Of a stretch of DNA of 64,000 bases, positions 1-7,887 are shown one piece after another. The DNA is from an uncultured Acidimicrobiales bacterium. GTDB taxonomy: Bacteria; Actinomycetota; Acidimicrobiia; Acidimicrobiales; SZUA-35. The DNA is taken from contig CALKTH010000059.1 of the NCBI GenBank assembly GCA_937997485.1, positions 37,569-101,568 on the forward strand. Reading direction: 5' to 3'. How positions within the stretch are numbered: the first letter of the stretch is position 1; each line of letters opens with the position of its first letter. The notes below the pieces were generated by a model. The model saw only the letters and a program-made list of their open reading frames with translations, ran no database searches and had not been told where the DNA came from. The position numbers were made by a program, and so were the translations under genes.

Positions 1-2
1 TG

Positions 3-653
3 ACCGCTGGTGTCGACGCACTGAAGGCCCGACGCTCCGGCCGACTCCGGGTTTCGGCCAGCCTCACCATTGCCGAGTACCTGTTGCCGCCGTGGCTCGA
101 GCAGTTCCTCCGAAACCGCCCAGACGATTCCGTCGAGCTTGAGGTAGCCAACAGCTCCATCGTGCTCGATCACCTCGCGAACGGCACCGCCGATCTCGGT
201 TTCATCGAGTCACCGCTGCCAACACCCGGCATGCACGAACAGGTTGTCGCCCGGGACCGACTGATCACAGTCGTTGGCCGTCAACACCCGTGGGCTCTTC
301 GTCCCCACATTCCGATCGAGGCCCTCGTTGGAACCCCGCTTGTCGTCCGAGAACAAGGATCAGGCACACGCGAGGCCCTGGAAGAGGCGCTGGCCGCTCT
401 CGGGCATGCGCCACCACCGTCGGCGCTGGAGCTCGGGTCGACGTCGGCTGTTCGAGCAGCGGTGATCAGCGGCCGGTCTCCCACCGTGGTCAGCTCCCGG
501 GCCGTGCAGGCTGACCTCGATGCGGGAAGCCTCATCGCGATTGACGTCGAAGGCCTGTCGATCGAACGTCGCTTGCGGGCGGTGTGGCCCACCTCCAAGA
601 CACTGCCGCCGTTGGCCGCCGACCTCCTGAAACAGCTCCCTGATCCAGATTGA
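3..653 (+). CDS. LysR-family transcriptional regulator, C-terminal substrate-binding part (5' end outside window)
   Basis: The frame is open from the window edge. The translation ...LTIAEYLLPPWLEQF...GFIESPL...VVREQGSGTR... fits the LysR substrate-binding domain pattern. Confidence 0.75.
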   Translation, partial: TAGVDALKARRSGRLRVSASLTIAEYLLPPWLEQFLRNRPDDSVELEVANSSIVLDHLANGTADLGFIESPLPTPGMHEQVVARDRLITVVGRQHPWALRPHIPIEALVGTPLVVREQGSGTREALEEALAALGHAPPPSALELGSTSAVRAAVISGRSPTVVSSRAVQADLDAGSLIAIDVEGLSIERRLRAVWPTSKTLPPLAADLLKQLPDPD

Positions 654-757
654 TCAATCGACAAGAAACTTCGCGACTCTTCCGCAACTTACCCGTCAGT
701 AACTATCGGGGAACTCCTGATGCCCGCAAAGCAAAGGGGCCGCCGTTTCCCTTCAAA

Positions 758-800
758 GCGAACCAGCCGCCCTCCCTCCGGCGGCTGGTTCGCCACGTTT
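758..800 (+). terminator. Rho-independent terminator after the LysR gene
   Basis: Perfect 14-bp stem GCGAACCAGCCGCC / GGCGGCTGGTTCGC (758-771 / 780-793) with an 8-nt loop, followed by ACGTTTTG. Confidence 0.7.
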
Positions 801-821
801 TGCCGTCCCATCCTCCGAATG

Positions 822-858
822 TCCGCGCTCATGTACCCCTGAGGTACATGAGCGCGGA
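822..858 (-). terminator. Strong hairpin 19 nt downstream of the monooxygenase stop (likely terminator, no clear U-tract)
   Basis: Perfect 16-bp stem TCCGCGCTCATGTACC / GGTACATGAGCGCGGA with a 5-nt loop. Confidence 0.5.
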
Positions 859-876
859 AATTCTGGTGTGGAGGGG

Positions 877-2040
877 CTATGCGGAGGCCTTTTCTGCCTC
901 GTAGCGCAGCGTCGCTTCCTCAACGGCCGCGAGCTGCTTCTCGGCGAGGCCGGGACGGGAAGCCTGCGCCCGCTCGGCTGCGCCGACGAGTCCACCCCCG
1001 CTGCTCTGGAACCGGGGCATCACGTGTCGGGCGAAGAGCTCGTAGCTCTTCTTCGTCGCTGCGTTGTTGGCCCAGTTGTGAGCCAGGGTCATGTAGGCGC
1101 CGAAGCCGCCGTTGGATTGCTCGAGTAGCTCCTCGATCTGAGCAATGGCCATCTCTGGGGTGCCAACCACACCAAGCCCGCCGTTGACGAAGTCGACCAT
1201 CTCGTCGATGTTCCCGCCTTCGACGGCCATCTGGGGGAACGCTGCCACGTTCTGGAAGTAGCGGAACCACTGCGTGATGCCGTACTCGACATCCATGCGG
1301 GCCTGCTCCTCGGTCTCTGCAAGGTGCATCAAGCCAACGAGCCGCCAGCTGTCACGATCAGCGACCTTGCCGTGTGCAGCCGCCACCTCCTCCTGCACGC
1401 TCCAGTGATGCGCCAGGACGTCCATCCCGATCGCGACCGTGGCCCCGAGCGAGAGCACGCCGGCTCCGTACTTGCCAGCCAGCTTGGCTCCCGACGGAGA
1501 GGCGACGGCGGCGATGGCAACATCGAAGAGTGGGTCGCTGTAGGGCCGCAGGTGCAGCCGAGCGTTGTCGAGGGTGAGGCGATCGTTCTTGTAACTGATG
1601 GGCTCCTCGGAGGTGAGCAAATGCATCACCACCTCCATGTACTCCTCCAGCAGCGGCCGCATTTCCGGCGGCTCGAGGCCGAGCATCGCAGCGTCGGTCG
1701 GGAGTGCTCCAGGACCCACACCGAACATGATCCGGCCCTTTGTGAGGTGGTCGAGAAGCACCATCCGCTCCGCCACCCACAGAGGGTTGTGATAGGGCAG
1801 CGAGACCACGCCGGTGCCGAGCTTGATGTTCTTGGTCCGCTCGGCAGCTGTGGCGATGAAGATCTCGGGCGAAGCGATGATCTCGCTTCCTGCGGAGTGA
1901 TGTTCACCGATCCACGCTTCATCGAAGCCGAGCTCGTCCATGTGAACCAGCAGGTCGAGATCGTCCTGCAAGGCCAGTGTCGGATTGTGCTCTGGTGGGT
2001 GGAACGGCGCCATGAATGTGCCGAAACGCAGCTTGCTCAT
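877..2040 (-). CDS. LLM-class (luciferase-like) flavin-dependent monooxygenase
   Basis: MSKLRFGTFMAPFHP...DELGFDEAWIGEHH... is typical of luciferase-like monooxygenases (limonene-monooxygenase-like subgroup). I placed the start at the internal ATG at 2040, which has GGGGGAAA upstream. Confidence 0.8.
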   Translation of the reverse strand: MSKLRFGTFMAPFHPPEHNPTLALQDDLDLLVHMDELGFDEAWIGEHHSAGSEIIASPEIFIATAAERTKNIKLGTGVVSLPYHNPLWVAERMVLLDHLTKGRIMFGVGPGALPTDAAMLGLEPPEMRPLLEEYMEVVMHLLTSEEPISYKNDRLTLDNARLHLRPYSDPLFDVAIAAVASPSGAKLAGKYGAGVLSLGATVAIGMDVLAHHWSVQEEVAAAHGKVADRDSWRLVGLMHLAETEEQARMDVEYGITQWFRYFQNVAAFPQMAVEGGNIDEMVDFVNGGLGVVGTPEMAIAQIEELLEQSNGGFGAYMTLAHNWANNAATKKSYELFARHVMPRFQSSGGGLVGAAERAQASRPGLAEKQLAAVEEATLRYEAEKASA

Positions 2041-2172
2041 CAGTTTCCCCCTGATGTCGTGATGGATGTTGGCTAGTGATACGAGCGTCCCCGACACACA
2101 AACTGGCGTGTCTCTCGTGATCGCACACTATGTCCAAGCACCAAGTCGCTGCCATTGGCCAACGACGAACCC

Positions 2173-3294
2173 CTACCGGCGGGGACCCATCTGGGCGAAC
2201 GTCAACCCCGCCTCGAGCAGATGATCCGGCAAGGACTGACCCATGACAGCGGCAGCCACGACTTCGCCAGCAGCCACTGACGTGGTGATTCCCGTGCCGC
2301 CTTGGCCGACCATCCAGCAGAAGTTCTCGACCCGGTCATCCATCCCGAGGACTGGCGACCGGTCTTCGGTGAAGGTACGGAGCCCAGCCCAACTCGTCCG
2401 CACGCTCCGCACACCCAATGTTGTCACCGTGTTGATGCGGTCGATGGCGGCCGCAATGTCGATTTCCTCTGGGCGAGCGTCTCGTGGCTCGTCGGGAATC
2501 TCATCGGCTGGCGAACAGAGCAGCTGGGATCCAGCCTCGGGCTTGAAGTAGCACTGCCCACCCTCTCCTTCGTGGTGAAGAAGCGGCCACGGCGAAGGAT
2601 CGACAGTGCTCGGCACGGTGAAGGCAGTGCGCCGCATCGGCGTCAACCCGACGGGCTGGGCGTCCGCCATCCGGCCCACCACATCACCCCATGCGCCGGC
2701 GGCGTTCACCACCTTTTCGGCCTCCCATGCTCCGGCCGACGTCGTGATCAGCCAATGATCGCCCCGCCAGTCGAGCGCGGTCACCCGGGCGTTGGGAACG
2801 ATTCGAGCGTGGGCGGCCCGAGCACCCCGGACGAACGCCTGGTGGAGACCCATGACATCCATGGTCGCTGCGCCGGGCTCGAGCATTCCGGCCGCACAGT
2901 GCTCGGGCATCAAGACCGGCACTCGTTCGCAGATCTCTTCGGTGTCGATCAGGCGAATGTCGTCCTGAATCTTGGCTCCTTCGGTGGCCATCTCGACGAT
3001 TGCCGCAGCGTGGCTCTCGTCGCCCACCATCAGCGCCCCGCAGTCCTCGAGGATCGGAGCGTCGACCAGACCCGCCGGCGGCGACTGGAGGAAGCGCCGT
3101 GACGCCTTCGTCAATCGTGAGTTGATTGGTCCGCCGTAGTTCACGATGTACACCGCTGCAGATCGCCCAGTGGTGTGGAACGCAAGCTCCGACTCCTGCT
3201 CTAGCACGACGACCGACCGGTCTTCGGCGATTCGGAAGGCCGCCGACAAACCGGCGATCCCTCCTCCGACGATGGCGACCTCGGCCCGTTGCAT
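2173..3294 (-). CDS. FAD-dependent oxidoreductase (DAO family)
   Basis: N-terminal dinucleotide-binding motif VAIVGGGIAGLSAA. The length and overall pattern match the D-amino-acid/glycine oxidase family. Confidence 0.75.
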   Translation of the reverse strand: MQRAEVAIVGGGIAGLSAAFRIAEDRSVVVLEQESELAFHTTGRSAAVYIVNYGGPINSRLTKASRRFLQSPPAGLVDAPILEDCGALMVGDESHAAAIVEMATEGAKIQDDIRLIDTEEICERVPVLMPEHCAAGMLEPGAATMDVMGLHQAFVRGARAAHARIVPNARVTALDWRGDHWLITTSAGAWEAEKVVNAAGAWGDVVGRMADAQPVGLTPMRRTAFTVPSTVDPSPWPLLHHEGEGGQCYFKPEAGSQLLCSPADEIPDEPRDARPEEIDIAAAIDRINTVTTLGVRSVRTSWAGLRTFTEDRSPVLGMDDRVENFCWMVGQGGTGITTSVAAGEVVAAAVMGQSLPDHLLEAGLTFAQMGPRR

Positions 3295-3563
3295 CCGTCC
3301 ATCTTGTCAGCTGCACCCGCCCACGGCGCTCACCGGCGCTCCGAAGCTGACGAGGCGCCTTCGTCGAGCTGATGAGCAAGAACACCTGCCGGCCTGGGCT
3401 GCCTCACCCACCAATCCGGGCGGTCTTGGCCCCGAATCCCTTTTTGGCACCGTTCTGTCATACAACTCGGCAAAAACTTCTCAGGTTGTTGGGGCAGCCG
3501 CCGATCCTACGAGCACGAGGATCGGCCTGACCGGGCTCTTCTCCGGCAGGTGAAAGGACACCC

Positions 3564-4991
3564 ATGCTTAGGAATCGCAAATCGATCGGTGGGCGCATGC
3601 TCGCCCTCGGTGCCGTCGCCGCTCTGGCGATCAGCGGCCCCGCCAGTGCTCAGAGCGAGTCGCCCAGCATCGTGGATCTCGCTGATCCGTCGGTCTTGGT
3701 CGACAACGCCTTCATCCTGATCTGCGCCGTGCTGGTGATCTTCATGCAGGCCGGGTTCGCCATGGTGGAGGCCGGGCTGACCCGTGCCAAGAACGCCGCC
3801 CACATGATGTTGAAGAACCTCCTCGACTTCGTGGTGGGTGCACTTGGCTTCGCCTTCATCGGTTACCACATTGCCTTCAACGGCTCTGACTGGGTCGGCT
3901 TCAACTGGTTGTGGGGTGGCCCCGACTCCCTCGCTACTGGCACCGAGACGCTGACCACGCCCGTCCACTTCCTGTTCAACATGGGCTTCGCCGCTGCTGC
4001 CGCCACCATCGTGTCCGGTGCGGTTGCCGAGCGAGTGAAGTTCCGTGCCTACTTCGTCTATGCCGCCGTCATCTCCACGATCGTGTACCCAATCATCGTG
4101 AGCTGGCAGTGGGGTGGCGGTTGGCTCTCCAAGATGGACACGCCATTCATCGACTTCGCCGGTGGCTCCGTGGTGCACGTCACCGGTGGCGCCGCGGCCC
4201 TCGTTGGTGCGTTCCTCCTCGGCCCACGCATCGGTCGCTTCGACGCCGAAGGCAACTCGCAGCCGATCCCCGGTCATAACCTGCCGATGGCCATTCTCGG
4301 CGTCTTCATTCTTCTCATCGGCTGGTTCGGCTTCAACGCTGGCTCGCTTCTCACCGCTGATCTCCAGATCGGCGCCATCGCCATGGTCACCGCCCTCGGA
4401 GCCGCTGCTGGCGGCGCCGGTGCAACCCTCGCCTCCTGGATCACAGTGAAGACGCCGGACGTCACGCTCATCGGCAACGGTGTGCTCGGCGGCCTCGTGT
4501 CCATTACCGCCGGTGCCGCCAACCTCGGCCCCTTCGGCGCCATCGTCATCGGCTTCATCGCCGGCATCATCGCCACCAACGGCGTGCTCCTCCTCGACCG
4601 CATCGGCATCGACGATCCGGTGGGTGCTGTGCCCGTGCACCTCATGAGTGGCGTGTGGGGCACCATCGCCATCGGCTTCTTCGCTGACCCCGACGCCGTC
4701 ATCGGCGGCGGCCCGGCCGGCCTCCTCTATGGCGGCCCCATCTCCCAGGTCGTTACCCAGGTCATCGGCGTCGGCGCCATCGCAATGTTCTCAGCGTTGG
4801 CCGTCGGCATTCTCTTCTCGGTGCTCAAGAGCATCAACTGGCTCCGTGTCTCCCTTGATGAGGAAATGGCCGGCCTCGACCTCGCCGAGCACGCCACCCC
4901 GGCGTACAACGATGACTTCGTCGAGTACGAGAACGTCGGCTTCGACGATCTCTCCTCGCTCGACGATCTCCTCGACGACCTCAATATCTGA
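3564..4991 (+). CDS. amt: Ammonium transporter (Amt family) with signal peptide and acidic C-terminal tail
   Basis: Amt signature stretches are present (FMQAGFAMVEAG, AGGSVVHVTGG, GVWGTIAIGFF). There are multiple TM segments. Confidence 0.9.
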   Translation: MLRNRKSIGGRMLALGAVAALAISGPASAQSESPSIVDLADPSVLVDNAFILICAVLVIFMQAGFAMVEAGLTRAKNAAHMMLKNLLDFVVGALGFAFIGYHIAFNGSDWVGFNWLWGGPDSLATGTETLTTPVHFLFNMGFAAAAATIVSGAVAERVKFRAYFVYAAVISTIVYPIIVSWQWGGGWLSKMDTPFIDFAGGSVVHVTGGAAALVGAFLLGPRIGRFDAEGNSQPIPGHNLPMAILGVFILLIGWFGFNAGSLLTADLQIGAIAMVTALGAAAGGAGATLASWITVKTPDVTLIGNGVLGGLVSITAGAANLGPFGAIVIGFIAGIIATNGVLLLDRIGIDDPVGAVPVHLMSGVWGTIAIGFFADPDAVIGGGPAGLLYGGPISQVVTQVIGVGAIAMFSALAVGILFSVLKSINWLRVSLDEEMAGLDLAEHATPAYNDDFVEYENVGFDDLSSLDDLLDDLNI

Positions 4992-5031
4992 CACACTCGT
5001 CCGTACTCCATCGCAATGAAAGGCCCCCATC

Positions 5032-5436
5032 GTGAGCGTCGATGACAAGCGCCGTAGAGACCTTGAGCTTCTCCGCAAGTCGCGACGTGCCCTCGATGAG
5101 GGTGAGCTGGTCGATCGAAACGCCGAGGAGGCCCCATCTCGGGATCGTTCTGCACCAGCGCCGCCCCAGGCTGCTGCCGACGACGGCGAAACGATGATGT
5201 ACCGAGGCAAGGTCGTCAAGAAGCCTGGCGGCGGTGCCGGATCCCGGATCCCCGGAGCGAGCGGCAGCGGAGCTCGAGCCGGTCAGTTCCGAGGCGCCTC
5301 CACTCAGAAGAGCGGCGGCAAGGGTTCGGGCGACGTTCGAGCCATCCTCGAACGGCTCAACGGCCTGTACAAGGACGGTCTGATCACCAAGACTGAGTAC
5401 GACCGCAAGCGACAACAGATCCTCGATCGGCTCTGA
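5032..5436 (+). CDS. SHOCT-domain protein
   Basis: The C-terminus LNGLYKDGLITKTEYDRKRQQILDRL fits the SHOCT short C-terminal domain. The rest is low complexity. Confidence 0.55.
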   Translation: MSVDDKRRRDLELLRKSRRALDEGELVDRNAEEAPSRDRSAPAPPQAAADDGETMMYRGKVVKKPGGGAGSRIPGASGSGARAGQFRGASTQKSGGKGSGDVRAILERLNGLYKDGLITKTEYDRKRQQILDRL

Positions 5437-5584
5437 TCCGATCGAACAAGATTCAGGCGTCACACACGGCCCGTCTTCTGCCCCGCAGGAGGCGGGCCGT
5501 TGCGCGTACGGCATTGGACGGCGTCACTGCGGCGCTTCAGCGCGAGGCATAGTGTCGACGGCGAGCGTCGACGGAAGAAGAGGC

Positions 5585-5950
5585 ATGACTGAAACGACCG
5601 GCAGTGCAACGATCCACATCGAGGCTGGCCCCGAGAAGGTGTACGCGTTGATCACCGACTTGCACCGCATCAGCGAGGTGAGTCCCGAGTGCTACCGGGC
5701 GGAATGGGAGGGCGGAGCGACTGGCCCTGAAGTTGGCGCGACGTTTCGGGGTTACAACAGGTCCGGCGAGCGCTCCTGGGATGTCGGTTGTGTTGTGGTC
5801 GCTGCCGAGCCTGGCAAGAAGTGGGCGTTCAAGGTGCCGGCCGATGATGGGCGCGAACTCCAACATTCAGGAGGGCGGCACGATTGTCGTCATCGGCGAC
5901 GGCCCCATCGGCCAGAGCTCGGTGCTCGCCAGCCAGCTCTTCAACCCTGA
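5585..5950 (+). CDS. SRPBCC-fold (polyketide cyclase/dehydrase-like) protein, C-terminus apparently replaced (possible pseudogene)
   Basis: MTETTGSATIHIEAGPEKVYALITDLHRISEVSPE... is SRPBCC-like up to about WAFKVPADDG (~5850). After that the frame runs into Arg/His-rich junk. GAAGAGG sits upstream of the ATG at 5585. Confidence 0.5.
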   Translation: MTETTGSATIHIEAGPEKVYALITDLHRISEVSPECYRAEWEGGATGPEVGATFRGYNRSGERSWDVGCVVVAAEPGKKWAFKVPADDGRELQHSGGRHDCRHRRRPHRPELGARQPALQP

Positions 5951-6170
5951 GCAGGTCGTCCTCGTCGGCCGCCACGAGGGACGCCTGGACTTTGGCCGAG
6001 ACAAGGCCGGGGCGAAGATCAGCGTCCTGGGCTTCGGGCACCTCTTCGGTCCCGTGGATCAGCCGTACACGGCGTCACTGTTCCGCAACCTCACCATCCA
6101 CACCGGCGTCGTGAACGTCGCCTGATGATGGATCGCTCCGAGGGCACCATCAAGGTTGCGCTGACGAACG
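5862..6170 (+). pseudogene. Decayed remnant of a Zn-dependent alcohol dehydrogenase (Rossmann/C-terminal part) split over two frames
   Basis: One frame gives GGTIVVIGDGPIGQSSVLASQL...VVLVGRHEGRLDF. After the TGA at 6123-6125, the next frame gives DRSEGTIKVALT, a typical MDR-ADH C-terminal end. The piece is much too short and has no N-terminal catalytic domain. Confidence 0.6.
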
Positions 6171-6272
6171 AGCACAACTCGGCCGATGGCCTTGCTCCAC
6201 GGTGGTTCGGCACCGCCGTGGGGCATCGCCATGTGTCTGGGCTCAACGGATCGAACCCACCGATCCAGGGGC

Positions 6273-7661
6273 TCAGCCAGCCGTGAGTCGGTGAATCATG
6301 GCGTCGAATTCCTCGGGCGTAGACGGCCGGGCCACCAAGTGACCTTGGGCGAGGGGAACGTTCATCGAGCGGAGGTGGGTGACCTGTGATTCGCTCTCAA
6401 CGCCCTGGGCCGTGATCTCCAGACCCATCGTGTGGGCCAACTCGACCATCAAGCGAACGGTGTTCGTCGCCTGTTCGCTCGAGCCCAACTGAGCCACGAG
6501 CCGGCGGTCGAGCTTGATCGAGTCGTAGGGCTGCTCGTGCGCGGCGGCGAAGTTCGAGTAGCCGACACCGAAGTCACCGATCGCGACACGGGCGCCGCGC
6601 GAAGCAAGCGCACGGAGCACTCCAGCCGACGCACGATCGTCAGCATCGGGGCTCGGGCTTACCTCGAGACCCAGCGTGATCCGCTCATCGCGGCGCATCA
6701 CCCCCAAGAAGCGACCGGCGAAGTCAGGGTGCAGAATCTCGGCTGGGCCGACGTTGATCCAGAGCGTGATGCCGCTGAGAACGCCCTCATCCGTCAACCG
6801 AGCTGCTGCGACGTGCGCCCGTTCGAGCACCTGGAGCGAGATCTCGTGGATAACCCCGAGTGCTTCCGCTGCCAGGATGAGATCTGGCGCCGGAACCGGG
6901 CCCCGCTCACCTCGACTCCATCGGGCGAAGGCCTCGATGGCGACGATTTTGCCGGTCGTGATGTCAACCGCCGGCTGCATGGCGCACCCGATGGCCTGGT
7001 TGACCACGGCGAGACGCAGCTCGGACTCCAGTTCCCGTTGCCGCTCGCTCCGCACGCGCTGATACGGGTGGAAGAGGACACCGCGACGGGAATCGTCGGA
7101 CTCGGCGAGAGCAAGCTCGGCCGCTTCGAGCAGGTGGTCAGCCGTCGGATTCTCATGGTCCAAGAGCACCCCGCCCAACCGGGCACTCATCGCGTGGGGT
7201 AGCTGGTCAATCGAAAGTGATTCCTTCAAGCCCTCAAGCAGGCCGTCCATGATGGCTTCACCATCAGCTCGACGACGAAGAGACGGAACGAAGCCGATGA
7301 ACTCTTCGGGATTGGCGACGACCCCGACGAAGCCGGGAGCGACAGCCGTGAGGCGCTCGCAAATGACGTTCGGCAGCTGAGAACGGCTGGAACTGTTCGA
7401 TGTGTTCGCAACGGCGACTGACGGCAGAGGGCGATGTCGCACTCGAACAACAAGAACAGAGTGCTCCTGCTCGGTTGCGATCTCGACGGCCTTCTGAAGC
7501 TCATGAACGAACTGATCATGGTGGCGAGGGGTCAACGGAGTGGACCCCGGCTCGCCGTGAACTGGCAGTCCGGCACGCAAACGACGCATGCCGCCCACCG
7601 CGGCAACGGGGGTCGGGGCGGAGGTCGTTTCGGCTGACGAAGTTGGAGGGAGGGGGGACAT
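6273..7661 (-). CDS. Degenerate GGDEF - degenerate EAL domain protein (likely non-catalytic c-di-GMP-related protein)
   Basis: EAL-domain pattern (EAFARW, LWINVGP, IKLDRRL, AQGHLVARP) but DDFGTG is GDFGVG and EGVE is QGVE. The GGDEF position reads NPEEF. Start is uncertain (ATG at 7661, 7748 or 7589). The long ORF to 7937 would overlap cvnA. Confidence 0.7.
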   Translation of the reverse strand: MSPLPPTSSAETTSAPTPVAAVGGMRRLRAGLPVHGEPGSTPLTPRHHDQFVHELQKAVEIATEQEHSVLVVRVRHRPLPSVAVANTSNSSSRSQLPNVICERLTAVAPGFVGVVANPEEFIGFVPSLRRRADGEAIMDGLLEGLKESLSIDQLPHAMSARLGGVLLDHENPTADHLLEAAELALAESDDSRRGVLFHPYQRVRSERQRELESELRLAVVNQAIGCAMQPAVDITTGKIVAIEAFARWSRGERGPVPAPDLILAAEALGVIHEISLQVLERAHVAAARLTDEGVLSGITLWINVGPAEILHPDFAGRFLGVMRRDERITLGLEVSPSPDADDRASAGVLRALASRGARVAIGDFGVGYSNFAAAHEQPYDSIKLDRRLVAQLGSSEQATNTVRLMVELAHTMGLEITAQGVESESQVTHLRSMNVPLAQGHLVARPSTPEEFDAMIHRLTAG

Positions 7662-7887
7662 AGCGGCTCTTCTCAGAACAGAGGAACGGCCGGACAGCCG
7701 GCCAGGCAGACGAGAGAAACTGTCGACGCCTACTGGCTCCATCGGCATCCCAACCCAGCCATTGAGCAGCGCCGTGCACGCAGTAGGTGGATCTTCCCGT
7801 TTGGGCAACTGACACAGATCTGAAGTCAGATTTTGCTCAACTCTGGACAGATCCCGTCGATCCACTTGGGAGAAGCCCAACTTTCCG

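Noticed and set aside
3295-3563. A nitrogen-regulator (GlnR-type) box upstream of the ammonium transporter.
   Set aside because: Only a weak resemblance was seen (GTCAT ... AAAAC near 3450..3480), and the spacing is wrong for the GTnAC-n6-GAAAC consensus.
3507-4640. A 377-aa minus-strand ORF, plus several other long overlapping ORFs (for example 20038..21396 plus, 35879..37279 minus, 28592..29587 minus, 63062..63907 plus).
   Set aside because: Each lies opposite or out of frame to a gene with strong family motifs (amt, peptidoglycan hydrolase, HD-GYP, GGDEF-EAL, SIS isomerase). Each has Arg/Gly/His-rich low-information translations.
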